DNA of 64,000 nucleotides from the human T2T-CHM13v2.0 reference genome, Homo sapiens, in NCBI RefSeq assembly GCF_009914755.1, contig NC_060932.1. One strand, given 5' to 3'. The translations under genes were made by a program, and so were the position numbers. Below the pieces are notes generated by a model. The model saw nothing but the letters and a program-made list of their open reading frames with translations. It did no database searches and was not told the DNA's origin. Below, in pieces: positions 27,511 through 42,952 of this stretch. Numbering within the stretch: position 1 is the first letter of the stretch; each line of letters begins with the position of its first letter.

Positions 27511-28074
27511 GTAAGTAAGCCTCCAGCCCTTCCCCTCTGCTTGCAGCTGCTGGCTGGAGGGCCGTGTTCATTAATGCATGAGCTCTTGGAAGAACAGCTT
27601 TGGGGAAAGGATGGCCTGATTTCCTGATCCCAGCTTACAGGATTGAAACCTATTGATTTAAAACAAATATTAGCTTATATTATAGCTTGTTGAAACTTGC
27701 ATTGCGTACACAGTGATTAGAATTTTGGGTTTAGTATAGCTGTTGCTAATCCGAGTGAGATCCAAGATTTCATTTCCTATCAAGTGAAATCTTCTGTTAT
27801 TGAATTGCATTAAATATAGAAAGAATCCAGGCATCTTTACTTATCGAACACATTTGCAAAGCTAACTGAGAACTCATGTGGCATGAGGCTTTAGAGGCAA
27901 CAACAGGCCAGCTCAAGTTTTATTTTATATTTTTAGCTTCCATAATCTAATACTCCAGGGTTTCACATTCTCAAAAATCTAATAACTAGGATTGATATTT
28001 CCCTACAATTTGCAGGTATTCTTCCTCACAAGGATTCATGCATTATTGACTTGCGATTTCTTTTCTTCCTGTAG

Positions 28075-28211
28075 CAATTCCTCTGAAATCGGAATTAGCT
28101 TATGAGATTTTTGATAAGGGGCGGGTTCGCTTCTGGCTCCAGGCTGAGCACTTATCACCAGATGCCAGCTACCGATTTATTATTAACGACAGAGAAGTCT
28201 CTGACAGCGAG
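28075..28211 (+). CDS. MYOM2: Exon L, Ig My10 part 1 (TIPLKSELAYE...EVSDSE)
   Basis: cctgtag|CA, GAG|gtgagt; 137 nt, phase 1-0; read by hand. Confidence 0.95.
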
Positions 28212-28720
28212 GTGAGTTCCTGTGTGAGTGATCTCTGGCTTTGCAGGGAGTCCACTTTTGTTGTGGTAGGTCAGTTACTGAATATCAACATTCTCTGTCT
28301 GTTTCCATCCTTTTCTGAGCCTTAAAGATTGGGGCATGGAAGGTTGACAAGATGAATGGAGATGGTTGATTCTTACAATGTTCAAAGGTTTGGTCTGGGT
28401 TACAGGAGACATCAGGAGTCTTTAAAATCTGAGCCTGTTGGAATTAAAAATGACTTTGAGCTTGTTTTTTGTGAAAAGGTTTAGGTCAGGTGGGGGAAAA
28501 TATCCTTGATGAATCAGTTCACTTATTCTTGATAATGGTTTTGAAGGTATCTATTTTTTGCTGTATTGTGAGAGAGGCCTCCCTGCATTCTCCCCCCACT
28601 GACAGCTTCCCATGGAAGGCATCCGTGGGGAATAAGTTTCTGTGGCTTCTCTGCCTGTTTGGGCAGCAATCTTGGTGTGGCAGACTGATGTGACAGTGTG
28701 GCTGTCAAGAGTGATGTTCT

Positions 28721-29020
28721 GGCCAGGCATGGCGGCTCTCACCTGTAATCTCCTCACTTTGGGAGGCCGAGATGGGGGCATTGCTTGATCCCAGGAGTTC
28801 AAGACCAGCCTGGGCAACATAAGGAGATCCCATCTCTACAAAAACTTAAGAAATTAGTTGGGCATGGTGATGCTCACCTGTAGTTCCAGCTACTTAGGAG
28901 GCTGATGTGGGAGGATCACTGGAGCCTGAGAGGTCCGAGCTGCAGTGAGTTATGATTGAACTACTGCACTCTAGCCTGGGAGACAGCAAGGCTCTGTCTC
29001 AAAACAACAACAACAAAAAA
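28721..29020 (+). mobile_element. Alu (AluJ-like)
   Basis: ggccaggcatgg...; (CAA)n tail. Confidence 0.92.
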
Positions 29021-32000
29021 GGCACATGCTCTGTCACGGTCCAGACACCGCCTCGGTTCTGCTTTCGATTGTATAAAATGAACCTTAACAATTATGTCAG
29101 GTACTCCTTATTTGTCTGGAGAATATTTGAGAAGCCAATGGTTGTGTTTCAATAAATTTCCTCTTTTCTAATTATAGCGTGCCTGGGACCCGGTTAAAGG
29201 ACAGCCCTATTTCATGGGGACTTTATTGTTCAGTGGTGGCTTGGGGCTCTCTCAGAGCCCCCATCTTTACTGCTTCTGCCTTTTTCCCTTAATGCCCAGT
29301 GTAGAGTGTGGTTGGCAACCTTAGCTGTGTACTAAGTCCTCAGTGTTGATTGGTTTGTTCATTACACAAGTTTTAGGGGAACTGTGGGATGCAGGAGCCT
29401 CTCATGCTCCCGGGCAGCCCCCCTACCATATTTCTAAGCTGGACCCCTCATTGCAGTCCAGCCTTTGTGTCTGATGGGCATTTAGCAGGACTCAGTTAGA
29501 TGAATGTTGATCAGACAGAAGTCTTGCAGGTAAGGATCATAGAATTTTCTTCTCCAGTCAGTCTTTCCCATGAGAATCATGACACACTTTAAGACTCACT
29601 CCTACGTGGGAGAGTCGGCTAGAAAGTAGAAAACATCTAGCTTCTTTTGGGCTGCAAAAAAGCCAGTGGTATAACTATTGCCTATGGGAGACTTACTGTC
29701 TGATCCAGGTAATTGGAGAAATCTTCTTTGAGCAGAGACCATGCTATGAAATGAAAGGGAATTTAGGGGAATGGCACTTTATTTGCGGGATATCTTTTGA
29801 TGAGCACTTCCTGCCTGCTGTATAGAGCTTGCTTTCAGGATGGGTGCCCTGGCTTCATGGCTAATCTTTTGGAATATGGTTGTACTATTTCACTTCTTTA
29901 ATTAGCAATGCACAGGTGACTTTTACATTTGAAGATTGATGCTATTTTGTGGAAGACATATAAAAGTCTGTATTTATGGCACTCATAAAATCATTCAACT
30001 TCATCTTGCTGCATAATGGCATTAGCAAGAAGCCTAATTATTTTGTAAAACCTGCCCAGACATTGCAGCACAGCAGCTAAGAAAATGGAAAAAGCTGCTA
30101 TATTGCTGAGAATCTACTCAGTGAGAATCATACCTTTTTCTTACTCAGAGCCAGTTAAAGTAAGTTCCTATCATTCATTCTCTACTCATAGATGTTTGAG
30201 GTGAGGATAATGTCATACAAATAAGGACAGTGCATTTATCTGATCAACCTGAAGTTTACTCTTGATATTCGGAAGTAAACACTCCACACTGTAAAGAAAT
30301 CCAAGGTCCACGGGACGGTGTATCCACTGGAATCTCAGGTCCCTCTCCTGCTCATGGTACCTCCAAGAGCGACGTCAGTCTCCAGGGACGGGGACAAAGT
30401 TGTTGTGCTTCCTGCAGTTGAGCCATTTCTTAAAATAATCTCCCTCCCTCAAAAACAGTCTGAGGTCATGCCTTCTCATTCATTTCTGTCACTTTCTATC
30501 ATTGTAGATGTACCAATTTCCTGTGCCAGTTTTCTGTTTAGAAAAAGTCTCAGTGATCTTACACAAGTATACGCTGTGTGATCTACATCTCTGATATAAT
30601 ATTGTAATTTCTAATTGCGAAGGTGATTTTTGTGTTTATGGGAAATCAAAACCTGGGGTAGGAGTGGAGCAGACTTTATTCACACGTAAACCCTGAATGT
30701 CAGATTCGATGAAACAAAAATTGCAGCATCCCCGGGAGCTGTTGGGAGCTTGGGCGGTCCTCTTCCTTTCCCAGTGGACGGCAGCACCTACCCTGTACAT
30801 CACCTGTTGAATATCCACTTGGCCAATACACCAGCAGGGACAGAACAGTCAGATGTGAAGTTGCCCTTACAGAGACTGTCACGGAGTCAAAGAAATACAC
30901 CTTCAATTAGAGGAGGACAGAGAAGAAAGATAGAACCCAGGTTATATTAAAACAGTACAGTAAACACTCTCAGAATTCAGAGAAGGCAGAGAGTTGAAGA
31001 GGCTGAAGTAGTCAGGAAGGATTTCAAGGGTAGAGGGTTATTGAAATGGGTGTTAAGGAGGTAGAAATCATGGGTCGGGGGGTGGGGGTCAGGGATGGGA
31101 GGGAGAGAATGAGACATTCCAAGCCGCTCTAGTGCACAGAGAGTGGGGAATGATCAGGGAATAGCGACACAGGGAAGTGGAGGGGTGGGCTCAACGGAGG
31201 GGGCTGTTTGCCTGAGTGATCTTAGGAAATAGTGTTGGGGAATAGGAGTGGGGTCAGAAGATACAGACTTTGAATGTCAGGCAGAAGAACTTAGAAACAA
31301 TGCTGAAGAAAATGAACACAGAGAGAGAAACTGAACCAAGTGGCCAGTTTGCTAATATTCGTCTTCTAAAGCCTCTCCGGTGGCACTGGCATTTGCAATA
31401 TCAAAACAGAAATGTAAACTCAGAGAGAAAGAAGAACATGTGAAAACAAATGCACGTGATTTATCAGAAGAAGGTTGCTGATTTTCTGGCTAAACTTACA
31501 TTGTCACCTGCAGATAGAAATTCTCTGCAGTATTGCTGCTAAGGCAAGGGCTGTGAGAGGAGTGTGGTTCCAAGGGCTGACGGAGTCTTCTCCCGCTACG
31601 CCTGCCTCATTTGCCGAGCACCACAGGTTATTAGTTTTTTGTTTTGCTCATGTGGCCCCAAGAGCCTCCTTGGGTCCTGGGTAAGATCATTATTCAGGCT
31701 GGAAAGCCTTTGCCCCAATTCCAGCTGAGATCGATCCGACAGGTAGATGCAGATCTGCAGAAAATATTGACAGCAGCTGAGACTACCGTATTGGTAACGC
31801 TGGGCACGAGGAAGCCGAGGCCGGGCATCCACACTCCCGTGATTCTACGGTGGCATGGCTGGGGCGAGTCCCGCGCTGGACATTGGATTCCCTCGACGCC
31901 ATCGTGCCTTGCATTACTGCTGCATTTAGGATGAGTCACACACTGGGATGTGGTCCTTCTACCGTCAAGACCCTGCTCAATGTCAGACACTGTATCATCC

Positions 32001-33160
32001 AGGTGGAGTACAACACAATCCACTAGCAGCCATAACACCTTTCAGTATCTGTTAGCACATCCCAAAGGCTGAGTGAGCAGAGGTGTGGGGAAGGTGAGCT
32101 GGGAGCAGGTGAAGGCCTTGGGAGGTCTCTACCCCAGATGCTGCCTGGGGTGGGGCTTCTGTGCCCAGGGTGTGGCTGCACCAAGGCAGGGAGGTCAAAG
32201 AGGGTGGTGCAGGGGGTTAGCTGTTGAAGGAAGAGAGGTGACAGTTGCAGCCAGGGATGGAGGAAGGACCGACTGGGACAGGTTCATAGTTTCAGCCGAT
32301 GACTGATCTGGAGGGGAAGGTCTCAGTTGATCAAGAAGGCTTCTCAGGTCTGCACTGGGAAGGAAGTTCCGGTCCTGACCATGTCCGCGGGCTCTCACCT
32401 AGAAGCATAATTATCTTCCAAAATTGCTCAGTGTCACTTAGTAGTGTCAGAGACCACAGCCACCTCAATGCCACAGATGGCAGGGTGAGCTAAGCCCCCT
32501 CCAGCTGACTTTCTCATCAGAACCTTGTTGGACATGTGTTTGGTATTTCTCACTGCCAGGCATGATGCTGGGCACAGCGTGAGGCTGCAGGGATGAGTAA
32601 GGCCATGCCTGCTCTCAGGGGCTCATTGTCTGGCGAGACAGACAGACGGCAGGTGGATAGGTAGGGTGGGGAGGGTGCTCCCAAGGGCAGGGTGCTATTG
32701 GGGGAAGGGAGGCAGAGCTGTGGAAACCCCATAAAACACCAAGCCTCACCCGGGGGCATCAGGGAAGTCTCCCTTGGAGCCAGTCACAAGGGCTGCATTC
32801 GGGTGAGGTGGCCACGACAAGGATGGGCAGAAGCTGCACTGTTGCAGAGAGGCCTGCAAGCTCAGAACTTTGGGGCATGGCCCTCAGGGAACTCCAAGGC
32901 ATGAAATGTATCCCTGCATTCATCACCAAAGCAGCAGAGAGGCAGGTAGTCCAGGCTTCTGTGGACTGTTCCTGTGATACAGTGTAACCTAGAAATCATG
33001 AAGTGATGCAAAGTAGTGTTCTCAGACCAACCAACAGCCTTCCAGTCTTTCTCCTATCTTAGCAACAAGACAGCTGCACTGCAGGCAGGGAGGGGGAACT
33101 GTGTGGGCAAATGTTTGTGGTTTGGTTGTATGCATTATATATGACAAAATTTCTTCTTTC

Positions 33161-33480
<320 letters not shown>

Positions 33481-34639
33481 TGAGACAGGGTCTTTCTCTG
33501 TTGCCCAAGCGATCCTCCTGCCTCAGCCTTCCCTGTAGCTGGGACCACAGGGATGTGACAAATTTATATACTGCTACACAGGAAAACTCGTTTTCAGAAT
33601 TACAAGGAAGAGATGGTCTAATATATTAAGAACATATATTGGCAAAGACCAATACCATATGAAATTGGTTTGAAACAGTTCTAAAAATTACACAGGCTGA
33701 TTGATGTTTTGAAAGGTTTCATTAGAATTAGAGTTATTTAAGTGAAAAAGTGAAATTTAAGTATTAATATTAATTTATAACTTTAATAATTATCAAGAAG
33801 CACAAAAAGGTAAAAATATCAAGCCCCCAAATAAGGCAACCAGCAAAAAAAAAACAAAAAACAAACAAACAAAACATAAAAAAGAGAAATAAGCATTAAT
33901 AAAGATGGGGAAAATGGTTTTAGTGAAGTTAAAAAGTTAATAAGTAAACATCACAAAATCAGAGGGAAACAAAAGATCAAATTTGCTCAATTCATCTGTG
34001 TGTTAGAGAAACACTTGTTCTTTGACTTGTAGGATTACCTAAATAGAACACATTCATATGTATCTGTGCATGTACTGTAGAATAAAATGAAACATTTAAA
34101 AAATAAAAGCGATCAAAAAAGTCAACACCTGTTGGAGGTCCATTTATCCTTTCCTCACCTGAAACCCCTGCACCCTGATGGACCACAGCAGGCTGGGGCT
34201 TGTGGGTGCTGTGTCCCGGGAGCTGAAGATGACAGTGGCTGTGGAGATTGCCTGTTGTTGCTATCCATGTGGGATTTTTGTCATCAGCTGGTGATCGTTA
34301 TCATTCATATCAATTGCGTATCATTTTATTTTCTCCTGTGAATTTTATCTGCTTCACGTTAGTAACTCATTCTTGGGTAGGTGTGGAGTCTCTGCCTAGA
34401 AGGTCCCTGGTTTGGACTCTCAGATCTCCTCACACAGCCAGGCTTTGTCACTGAGTGACAGCTCATACCCACTGTTTGATCCTTGTTCACCCAGAGGTTT
34501 CCTTGATAAAATTTCATTTTGGTTTCTTCCTATCATAATCCCTTGAGATCTCATGGCTGATGCAATTGTTAAATGTTGCAAGGGAAAACTAGGAGAGATT
34601 TCCTTGTATAATTCTCCATTTCCCTTGTTTTGCTTGCAG

Positions 34640-34784
34640 ATACACAGAATTAAATGTGACAAAGCTACTGGCATTATTGAGATGGTGATGGATCGATTTA
34701 GTATTGAAAATGAGGGGACCTACACTGTGCAGATTCATGATGGGAAAGCCAAAAGTCAGTCTTCTCTAGTTCTTATTGGAGATG
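34640..34784 (+). CDS. MYOM2: Exon M, Ig My10 part 2 (IHRIKCDKA...VLIGD)
   Basis: cttgcag|ATA, ATG|gtatgc; 145 nt, phase 0-1. Confidence 0.96.
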
Positions 34785-34895
34785 GTATGCTATATCGAAT
34801 ATTTCCACGTCCATACAAGATAATTCAAATGAAATTCTTTTGACTGGAGAGAAGCAAACATGTTTCATATATATTTTTTTAAATATTGAATTTAG

Positions 34896-34955
34896 CATTC
34901 AAGACTGTGCTGGAAGAGGCTGAGTTTCAAAGGAAAGAATTTCTCAGGAAACAAG
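34896..34955 (+). CDS. MYOM2: Exon N, 60-nt mini-exon, helix after My10 (AFKTVLEEAEFQRKEFLRKQ)
   Basis: aatttag|CA, AAG|gtgagt; phase 1-1. Confidence 0.94.
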
Positions 34956-35405
34956 GTGAGTTTCCTCACTCTGACCGGCTCCCCTGCCCCTAGCATAAAG
35001 CAAAGATGATTGGAGTATTTGTCAGAAGCAGATCTTGCATGATCCCAAGCAACCCTAAAGGCTGTTTTAAATGATTAAGAGGTTAGGCTTACCAACTGCA
35101 TAGGAAAGGAACCTGCTTTATAGCAGGGGAGTGAAGAGGAAAGCGTGCCTCTAGCTTTAATGTCCAGACGGAGTCCAGCAATTTTAATGAAAAGAATAAA
35201 GAATGGGGGTAGAGGAGGTGGTGGCTTCATTTGGCTTTGAAATGTAGAGAAGGCAGTAGAGGCTATTCCTATCACCAGGAAATTGCTCATTCTACTTAAG
35301 ATTGTGGGAGCTGTTAAACTTTCTAACTACAAACAATATGTTTTAAATAGATTGCTTTTACAAATACATGTTAACTAGATACAAAGGAAAATGGATACAC
35401 TTTAG

Positions 35406-35739
<334 letters not shown>

Positions 35740-36560
35740 CAAAAAACATTTTTATATATGGGATTTCTGAACTTCTTGAGAAAAATTAGAATGTGAATTA
35801 TGAAACATAAAATCAAAACATTCATTTTTATTATTTTTCATTGTTTTTATTTCTAATAGTCACAAATATTTTACTTACTTCTACATTATGAACATTTTTG
35901 GGCCAACTTTGTAGGATGTATTTATGTATATGAAAGAAGTGAACACATACTTTCCAAATCTGCTTTGTATTTTTGCATTGAATGGCAAAAGGGTATTAGT
36001 GTATGACTTATTCCTACATGTATTTTAAATAAAAATGATTAACATTTTTTAAAAACATATATAAACCTGTCTTTGATTTTGAATGCTATCTAAAGAAAAT
36101 GTGTTTTACAAAATTGCTAGGTCAAACTGTTGTTTCTTTATCTCATATCTATTCTCTTATTTAAAGGTATTATTTACCATGTTGTCGAATGTTCAGTTAG
36201 ACATATACTTTGGGAAACAAAATATAATTATTTCAATAGCCTCCTTTCTGAAGAGCAATAGATATGAGATGTCAGTAAGAAGGAGCCATCAGACGTACGC
36301 TCCTACCAGGAAGCACAGATTCCAGTGGAGAATCAGTGTTAACACGTGTCGACATCCCAGGCCTGAAAACTATCTCAGTTTCATCCTCCACAGCTATTGT
36401 GTTCTGCCAAAAATGCATTACATAAATATATATAATACATTCTTATGTATTATATATACACACCATGCATATATGTGTGGGTATATATATATAATAGCTA
36501 TATATTTATTTGTTTACTTTTTCCTTTTTTATATGTTTTCTTCCCTTTTTTCCTCCCTAG

Positions 36561-36628
36561 GCCCTCATTTTGCTGAGTACTTGCACTGGGATGTCACGGA
36601 AGAATGTGAAGTTCGACTTGTTTGCAAG
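36561..36628 (+). CDS. MYOM2: Exon O, Ig My11 part 1 (GPHFAEYLHW...RLVCK)
   Basis: tccctag|GC, AAG|gtgaga; 68 nt, phase 1-0. Confidence 0.95.
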
Positions 36629-39334
36629 GTGAGAAACCCGGTTCTAACAGGAAAACAATAAATCTCATTCTGGTTCCTATCAGAGAGGCCTTTCAGGGAG
36701 TAGCTGTGGCCAGATCTGTGATGCTGGTGAGGAAACGTGTGGTGCCTGTGTAGCTGCGGATGGGCGGAGTGGCTTTTGGGTCCTGTGGACTTTTTAATAC
36801 TTGGACTTCAGTGCTTATCTTTTCTTCTTCACGAAAAGATTACAGTGTAGTGGGATGCAATGGAAGGTTGGATTATAAAAATTTTACTTAAACGATTATT
36901 AAGTGAGTTTATGAGAAAGTGTGCCCTGGTGAAATACACCTAGAAGTGCTGCTCATACGAGTTCATCAGGAAAGGAAAGGCATGCTTTGGAGACAAGATA
37001 CTTCTTTCAGTTTCGTTTAACAATGTAGTAATGAAATATGTTTTATTACTAAATATAAAAATCTGTTTTTTAAGCAGCAAATCTTCAATTTAATAACTGC
37101 CTACTATTTGACTGTCTCAGGATGAGGGGATGGGGGAAAAAGATCAATAATGCATTGTTTTTACTCCCAAACTAGTTTCTTATTGTCTACTGGATAAGAG
37201 AGAAAAGTAAACAGACAGTTTCAATAAAGAGATGATTCGTGAGCTGCGTGTGCCAAGGGGACTAAGAATTATGCAGGCCAGTGAGTGGGAAAAGATGGTT
37301 CTAGGAAGATCCAGCAGCAGGGAGGGACAGAGAAGCTGAACTGTGCACTTAAAAATAAAAACAATAAAAAACCCAAGGCTGGTGGGCAAGTGGGGCATTC
37401 CCCTGCAGGACCCAGAGGCTGGCCATGGACTGAGAGGGTACAGAGCACCTGAGGGCTGTTAGTGCAGTGACACGGGCTGCTGGTTGACAAGGAAGGCTGG
37501 AGGTGGCAGGGCTGGAGGACGACGCTTCAGTAGGCTGCTGAGAGATGGTAACTCCAGCAGGGCAGTTTCATATCCACCGAGAGAAGGAGATTTAGGATAC
37601 ACATCCAGCAGTTAAAACCAGCAGGGGCTGGCAAGTAGCTGGGTGTGGGTGAGAGGGAAGTGTACTGGAGGACCGAGTGGGTGTGATATTTCTTGAGATC
37701 AGCACTGTACGGGGAGGGCCAAGTTTTAGGGTTTTGAGAATACATTCAATTTCACAAAGATTTAGTTATATCCGTGGAATGGTCAGTAAGGCATAACCGG
37801 CTCACGACAGGACATGTGAACCTGGCAGCAATGGGAAAGTCATCTGGAGCATGTGGATTCATGAGATATCGTGTGTGGATTCATGAGGTATTGGGAATGC
37901 TTGGCTGTGGACATGACGCAAGTGGGTCAAGCTGCCAAAGGACAGCCTTTAGAGACAGGAACATCACAAACAATTGGGGCATTCTGGAAAATTCAGATTG
38001 TCAGAGGAGAAGAGGAGACCAGCTCCAGGATTATTAAGCAGAAACCCTCAGAGAGTTCAGAGGGAAAGCAAGTGACTTGGTGGCCTCTGGCAGGGAGGGA
38101 CTTTGGAGTGAAGCGCTGCGTGGCCGGGTGAGGAGGGGCGGCTGGAGGCAGCGCTGCATGGCCGGCTGAGCAGGGACAGCTGGAGGCAGCACGGGCTGGG
38201 TGCTGGGCTTTCCAACCCCACTCCCTGGCAAGGCAGGGTCTCTACGTGGTGGGCTGAGGAGATGGGACACAAGGGGGGATACGAGCAGGAGCCCGCTGCC
38301 CTCTGAGGTGCTCAGCTGGCAGTGAGGGAGAGCGAGGGGAGTCAGGGTGGCTTTGTCTTTCCTTCTGGATGGAGACGCTCAATCCTATTTATAGGCAGAG
38401 GGGTCAGTGGAAGAGGACTCACAGGTGAAGGAAGGGGAGCACATGGGGACACAGGAGGGGCAGTGCTGGCCTGGAGGGAGATGAGACCAGGTCAGCACAG
38501 CCATGCAAGGGGCTGCTTGGCCCCCAGGGCAGCTCCCTGTGAAGGACAATGAGGGGGCGGGGGGGATGCCAAAAACCAGGGCAGAGCAAGCGGCAGATCC
38601 ATCAGTGCAGCCCGTTGGTTTCACACTCTTTCCAGTGAAGGGTTGGAGGGTGTTGAAGATGAGGAAGGTAGCCCACAGTGGGGGGAGTGGCAGGAGTGGG
38701 CTGTGATTGCCACTGAAGGAGGCAAGACAGCAGCTCCTTATTAAGAATGGAAATCATTGTTGAGTGCATCAACGTGGAGATAGCTCGTAGTGGCCCACAT
38801 AGGGGTGCTGGGATTGATTTTTCCAGATGTGGCCAGTGACCTAGTGTGAGTCAGGGGACAGACTCATGATTGGGGTCTTGCTGGATGGAAGTTGCAAGAA
38901 GGGAAGATGGAATAGGAACTTTGGGTCTTGTTTAACTGTCGTTAGTTGGTCAACCAGCTGTCTAAGTTGAGCAGGAAAGTGAGGCCAGGCGGGATAAATG
39001 GAGAGGAGGCAGGGCTAAGCCTTGGTGATCTCCACTTGGCCACCTCAGCGGGGACACTGGGGTGTGAGCTTGTTGATGAGCCTAAGTGTCAGGTGGGGAC
39101 CTGCCGTGAAGAGCAAGTGCGTGCCTGTGGAGCAGAGGTCTGCAGTGCACTCGGGAGTGGACCCGGGCAAGGGGATTTGCAGGAGGATGGGGCATGGGGG
39201 TTTGGAACTAGGTGGCTGTTGAACACACCCTAGATAGGTGCAGGTTACTCCTAGAAATTTGTGTGATGAAAGGAACCGTCTTACTATTCTGACCATCCTC
39301 AGTATTGGTAATTAATTTGCAATTTGATTTCCTG

Positions 39335-39445
39335 TATATATATATATATATTATATTATATATAATATATATATATTATATATAATATAATATATATATA
39401 TTATATATAATATAATATATATAAATATATAATATATATATTTTA
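39335..39445. repeat. (TA)n-rich low-complexity tract
   Basis: About 110 nt of A/T only. Confidence 0.95.
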
Positions 39446-41986
39446 ATTGCCAATCTAATTGCTTACTGTCTCTTAAATCAATACTGTTTTCCCTTCCTCT
39501 CTTCTTGAAAGAAATTTATATAGATATATAATTGATAATACATTATATATATATTAGTGATAACTAGAGCTAAGGCTTTGATTTGATAGGTTCGATAACA
39601 TGCTCAAGGTTGTGGTAAATTTATTATAGAAAAATACTTAGATTTATTTTTGGTAGTGAATTTCTTGCACTAGTGTGTTTAAAAGGAAGATTCAGAAATG
39701 AAAACATTTATAAAAGAAGAGAAGGTTACTTGCAAGGAAGCTGCAAGGGAAGTGGTCTTTAGAAGTCTTGCTCAACAAATGAAAAGCATAATGGACATTT
39801 AAAGGGAAGAATCCTGCCAGGTGACTGATGATAGCCTGTGTATGTAGTCCATTCATGCTGCAAAAACAACTTTCTCAAATTATTTACCCTGCACAGAAAG
39901 GTATGTTTCTTCCAAATTTTAGACATCAGCACTGCAAAAATCAGTTCCTTAGGGAGTCAGCAACTCAAAGCCCAGAGCAAGTCAGTGTGACTTGGTTATG
40001 GTGCTGGTTTATTCTTTTTGTTGTTGTTGGTATTGTTGTTCTGACCGTGCCATACAAGGTGTGTGTGCACTCCCAAGGCCAGTGGCGAGACCCCCGAGTT
40101 CTGCTTTCCATGGGCTCTGATATCATCTTAGTGGGATAGAACCGTCTATAAATATTTAAAATTATTTTAGGTTCCCTGACTAAAGTGATTCATAAATCTT
40201 TAAACACAGATATTGGGAAAACTAATATTACTTGAGGTTTGAGGGTTTTTTGTGCAATTTAATACATTTGATTTACATACTTGTGTCCCTGTCAAGCCTG
40301 TGATTCGGTGCACCATTTTGTCTACAGGGTTTTTCATTTAATAATGTGGTGCAGATGGTTATTTTAAAAATTATTAACGTGAAAAAATAGATGGAGAAAA
40401 ACTTATGCAAGGATGCAGTCACATTGTAACTTCAGAGAAAACCATTTTTAAAAGTTTCAGACACAGAGAAACCACAATCATAAACATAAGAAAATCTGTT
40501 AAACATTCCTTACACAGCAGAAGTGGAGAATTAGCGCTGACTCTTAGGAAGTGTGAGTCAGGCATGGGCCATACGTAGCCTAAGAGGTGATGTAATCATC
40601 TTTCCTAGACATTCATGTGCAGTTTAGGTGCCCATATTTTAAAGAGTTTATGGTAGAGAGAATTTGAGGGAGTGCAGAGAAGAAACAAATGAGTTATTTT
40701 GGGGAATTAGAACCGTCTCCCCCAATTATAGGACAAATACATTAATTACAGATATTTATTTCAGAAAACAGTAATTGAAGGTCATTGGAAAGGCATTTAT
40801 TGGAAAGGACCAGCAATGTAAAATTTTTTTGAAGAAGAGATGAAGAGAAAACAGTATTGACTTAAGAGACAGTAAGCAATTAGATTGGCATTGAAAACAG
40901 ACACCAAAGAAAATTTTGAAATGTTAAAGTAAAGGGAATCGTCTGCTAGAGTCGTGGAGCCTCAGCCGCAGTCCATTCTAAGATTTGTTATAAAGGAGTG
41001 GTTCTGATTTAGAAGGAAGACACTACTTTGCAGCTCAGTGGGATACCTTCCATCTATGTATTCCACAAACATTGATGGGACAACTTCTGTGTGCCAGGCA
41101 GGCAGCCATGCACTTGGGGACAAGTGTTAGTGAAACAGACGAAACCCCTGCTTCACAGAGATTCAGTCCCAGTGCTGTCGAGAACGATGCCATTTCCCAT
41201 AGCGGATGTGGAAATTCTAAGCTGTGTTGCACTGTTACTCTAGCAGAGCTGATGACACTGTTGAATCATTTTCATTCTTTTGTCATCAACATCACTCTTC
41301 TTGAATTCACATGGGATGTGAACATCGAATTGTGAGACTTGTATAATCTCATGGGATTCAAACATTCTGCCATGCTGAATCAGAATTCTTCCTCGTCCCT
41401 CAGACCAATGCCGGAGCATGTGAATTGGAATGCTCATTTATCTTCGGAGTTCCGCAAAGCTTAGTTTCTAGCCAGCGATTGAATTGTGAGGAATTTCAGT
41501 ATAGGGAAGGTCCTCACCTCTAGTGAGCATTTTTGTGTTAAGATTTCATTTTCTTTGTGTCCCTGTACCTGAAATGGGATGCTGTTAAAAGAGCAGCTGC
41601 CAACCAGCTTTACAGACCCCTCAGAATATTCTCTATTATTCAGAAATCCCCATATATATTGCTTAAGACTTGTCTTTGTTAATGACATTTCATATAGACC
41701 AAAAGATCTTTATGCCTAGTCTAATTTCATGGACTAGAATGACGAGAATCATTTGTCCTTCTGTGAGCAACTGTGAGGACTTAATTTTCTTAGAAGCTGG
41801 AATTTAGAAATGTGTTTGACGTTATTGGGAGCGACAGCTTTTCCATAAGCCTTCGTCTGAGACTGTCTATAGTAAAAACTAAGGTTTTTTGAGGGGGGGG
41901 CTCTGTGATTTAAGATTCTAATAGACTTTCTTTTTCTCATGAGTCAGAATGATTTACACACTAAACTTAAGCTTTCTACCTCACAG

Positions 41987-42100
41987 GTTGCAAACACCAA
42001 GAAAGAAACCGTTTTCAAATGGCTCAAGGATGATGTTCTGTATGAAACGGAGACACTGCCTAACCTGGAGAGGGGAATCTGTGAGCTCCTCATCCCAAAG
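41987..42100 (+). CDS. MYOM2: Exon P, Ig My11 part 2 (VANTKKETVFKW...LLIPK)
   Basis: ctcacag|GTT, AAG|gtatca; 114 nt, phase 0-0. Confidence 0.95.
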
Positions 42101-42289
42101 GTATCAGGCATTGAGTAACACAAGAAAGCAAAACAAAAACGGCACTTTCAAATAACTCGTAAATTCTACAATCCTCTAATTTGCATCCTGAATTTCGGTG
42201 GTTTGCAAAGAAAATGTATTAGAGTTTATTACGTTTTCTAAGATTGCAGTATTGACTTTACATAAATATGGAATGTGTTTTCTTTGTAG

Positions 42290-42377
42290 TTGTCAAAGAA
42301 GGACCACGGTGAATACAAGGCAACCTTGAAAGATGACAGAGGCCAAGATGTGTCCATCCTTGAAATAGCTGGCAAAG
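42290..42377 (+). CDS. MYOM2: Exon Q, Ig My11 part 3 (LSKKDHGEYK...EIAGK)
   Basis: tttgtag|TTG, AAG|gtaaaa; 88 nt, phase 0-1. Confidence 0.95.
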
Positions 42378-42913
42378 GTAAAAGAAAACCTCCTTTGTTC
42401 TGTGAACAAGAAATTCCTTTCACCAACAGGATGGGATGTATTCTGAAGGCAGGTCTATGTCTAGCCTCAGCTATAGCACACATTGTGTCTTTAGCAGTAA
42501 CACTGTAGAAAAAAACTATTTGTTCTTTGGTTGCTTTCAGAGTTTTTTCAGTGTTTTAGAATAATGTATGATATTACTCTGGGTTTATATGAAACGTCAT
42601 TTCGGTCCATCATCAGAAGCCAAGCAACGCATTACTAATGCAGTTAAAATGATGGAAACACTGAGGCAGTGATTCAGTTGAATGTAGAGTTGGATTTATG
42701 TTGAGTAAAACGTTCTTGATCCTTTTTTAAAAGTGAATAGGTTAGAAGGATTTATCGCACACATAAGTCTTTTATGGATAAATATTGCCATTTTAATGAT
42801 TCATTTTTCAACTGAACATCACAATTTCCTGCATCGATTTAATTAAACATTGAAAATGCTGCTTTCGGTTAAAGTTACATGTCGTAATGGTGCGTATCCC
42901 TTCTCATTTTCAG

Positions 42914-42952
42914 TGTATGATGATATGATTTTGGCAATGAGTAGAGTCTGTG
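42914..42952 (+). CDS. MYOM2: Exon R, 39-nt mini-exon, helix after My11 (VYDDMILAMSRVC)
   Basis: ttttcag|TG, GTG|gtaagt; phase 1-1. Confidence 0.93.

Noticed and set aside
36083-36661. 192-aa ORF
   Set aside because: Only 36561-36628 is exon O; the rest is AT-rich intron open by chance
42101-42289. Possible U12-type intron (donor GTATC)
   Set aside because: Donor is GTATCAGG, not GTATCCTT, and there is no TCCTTAAC branch site
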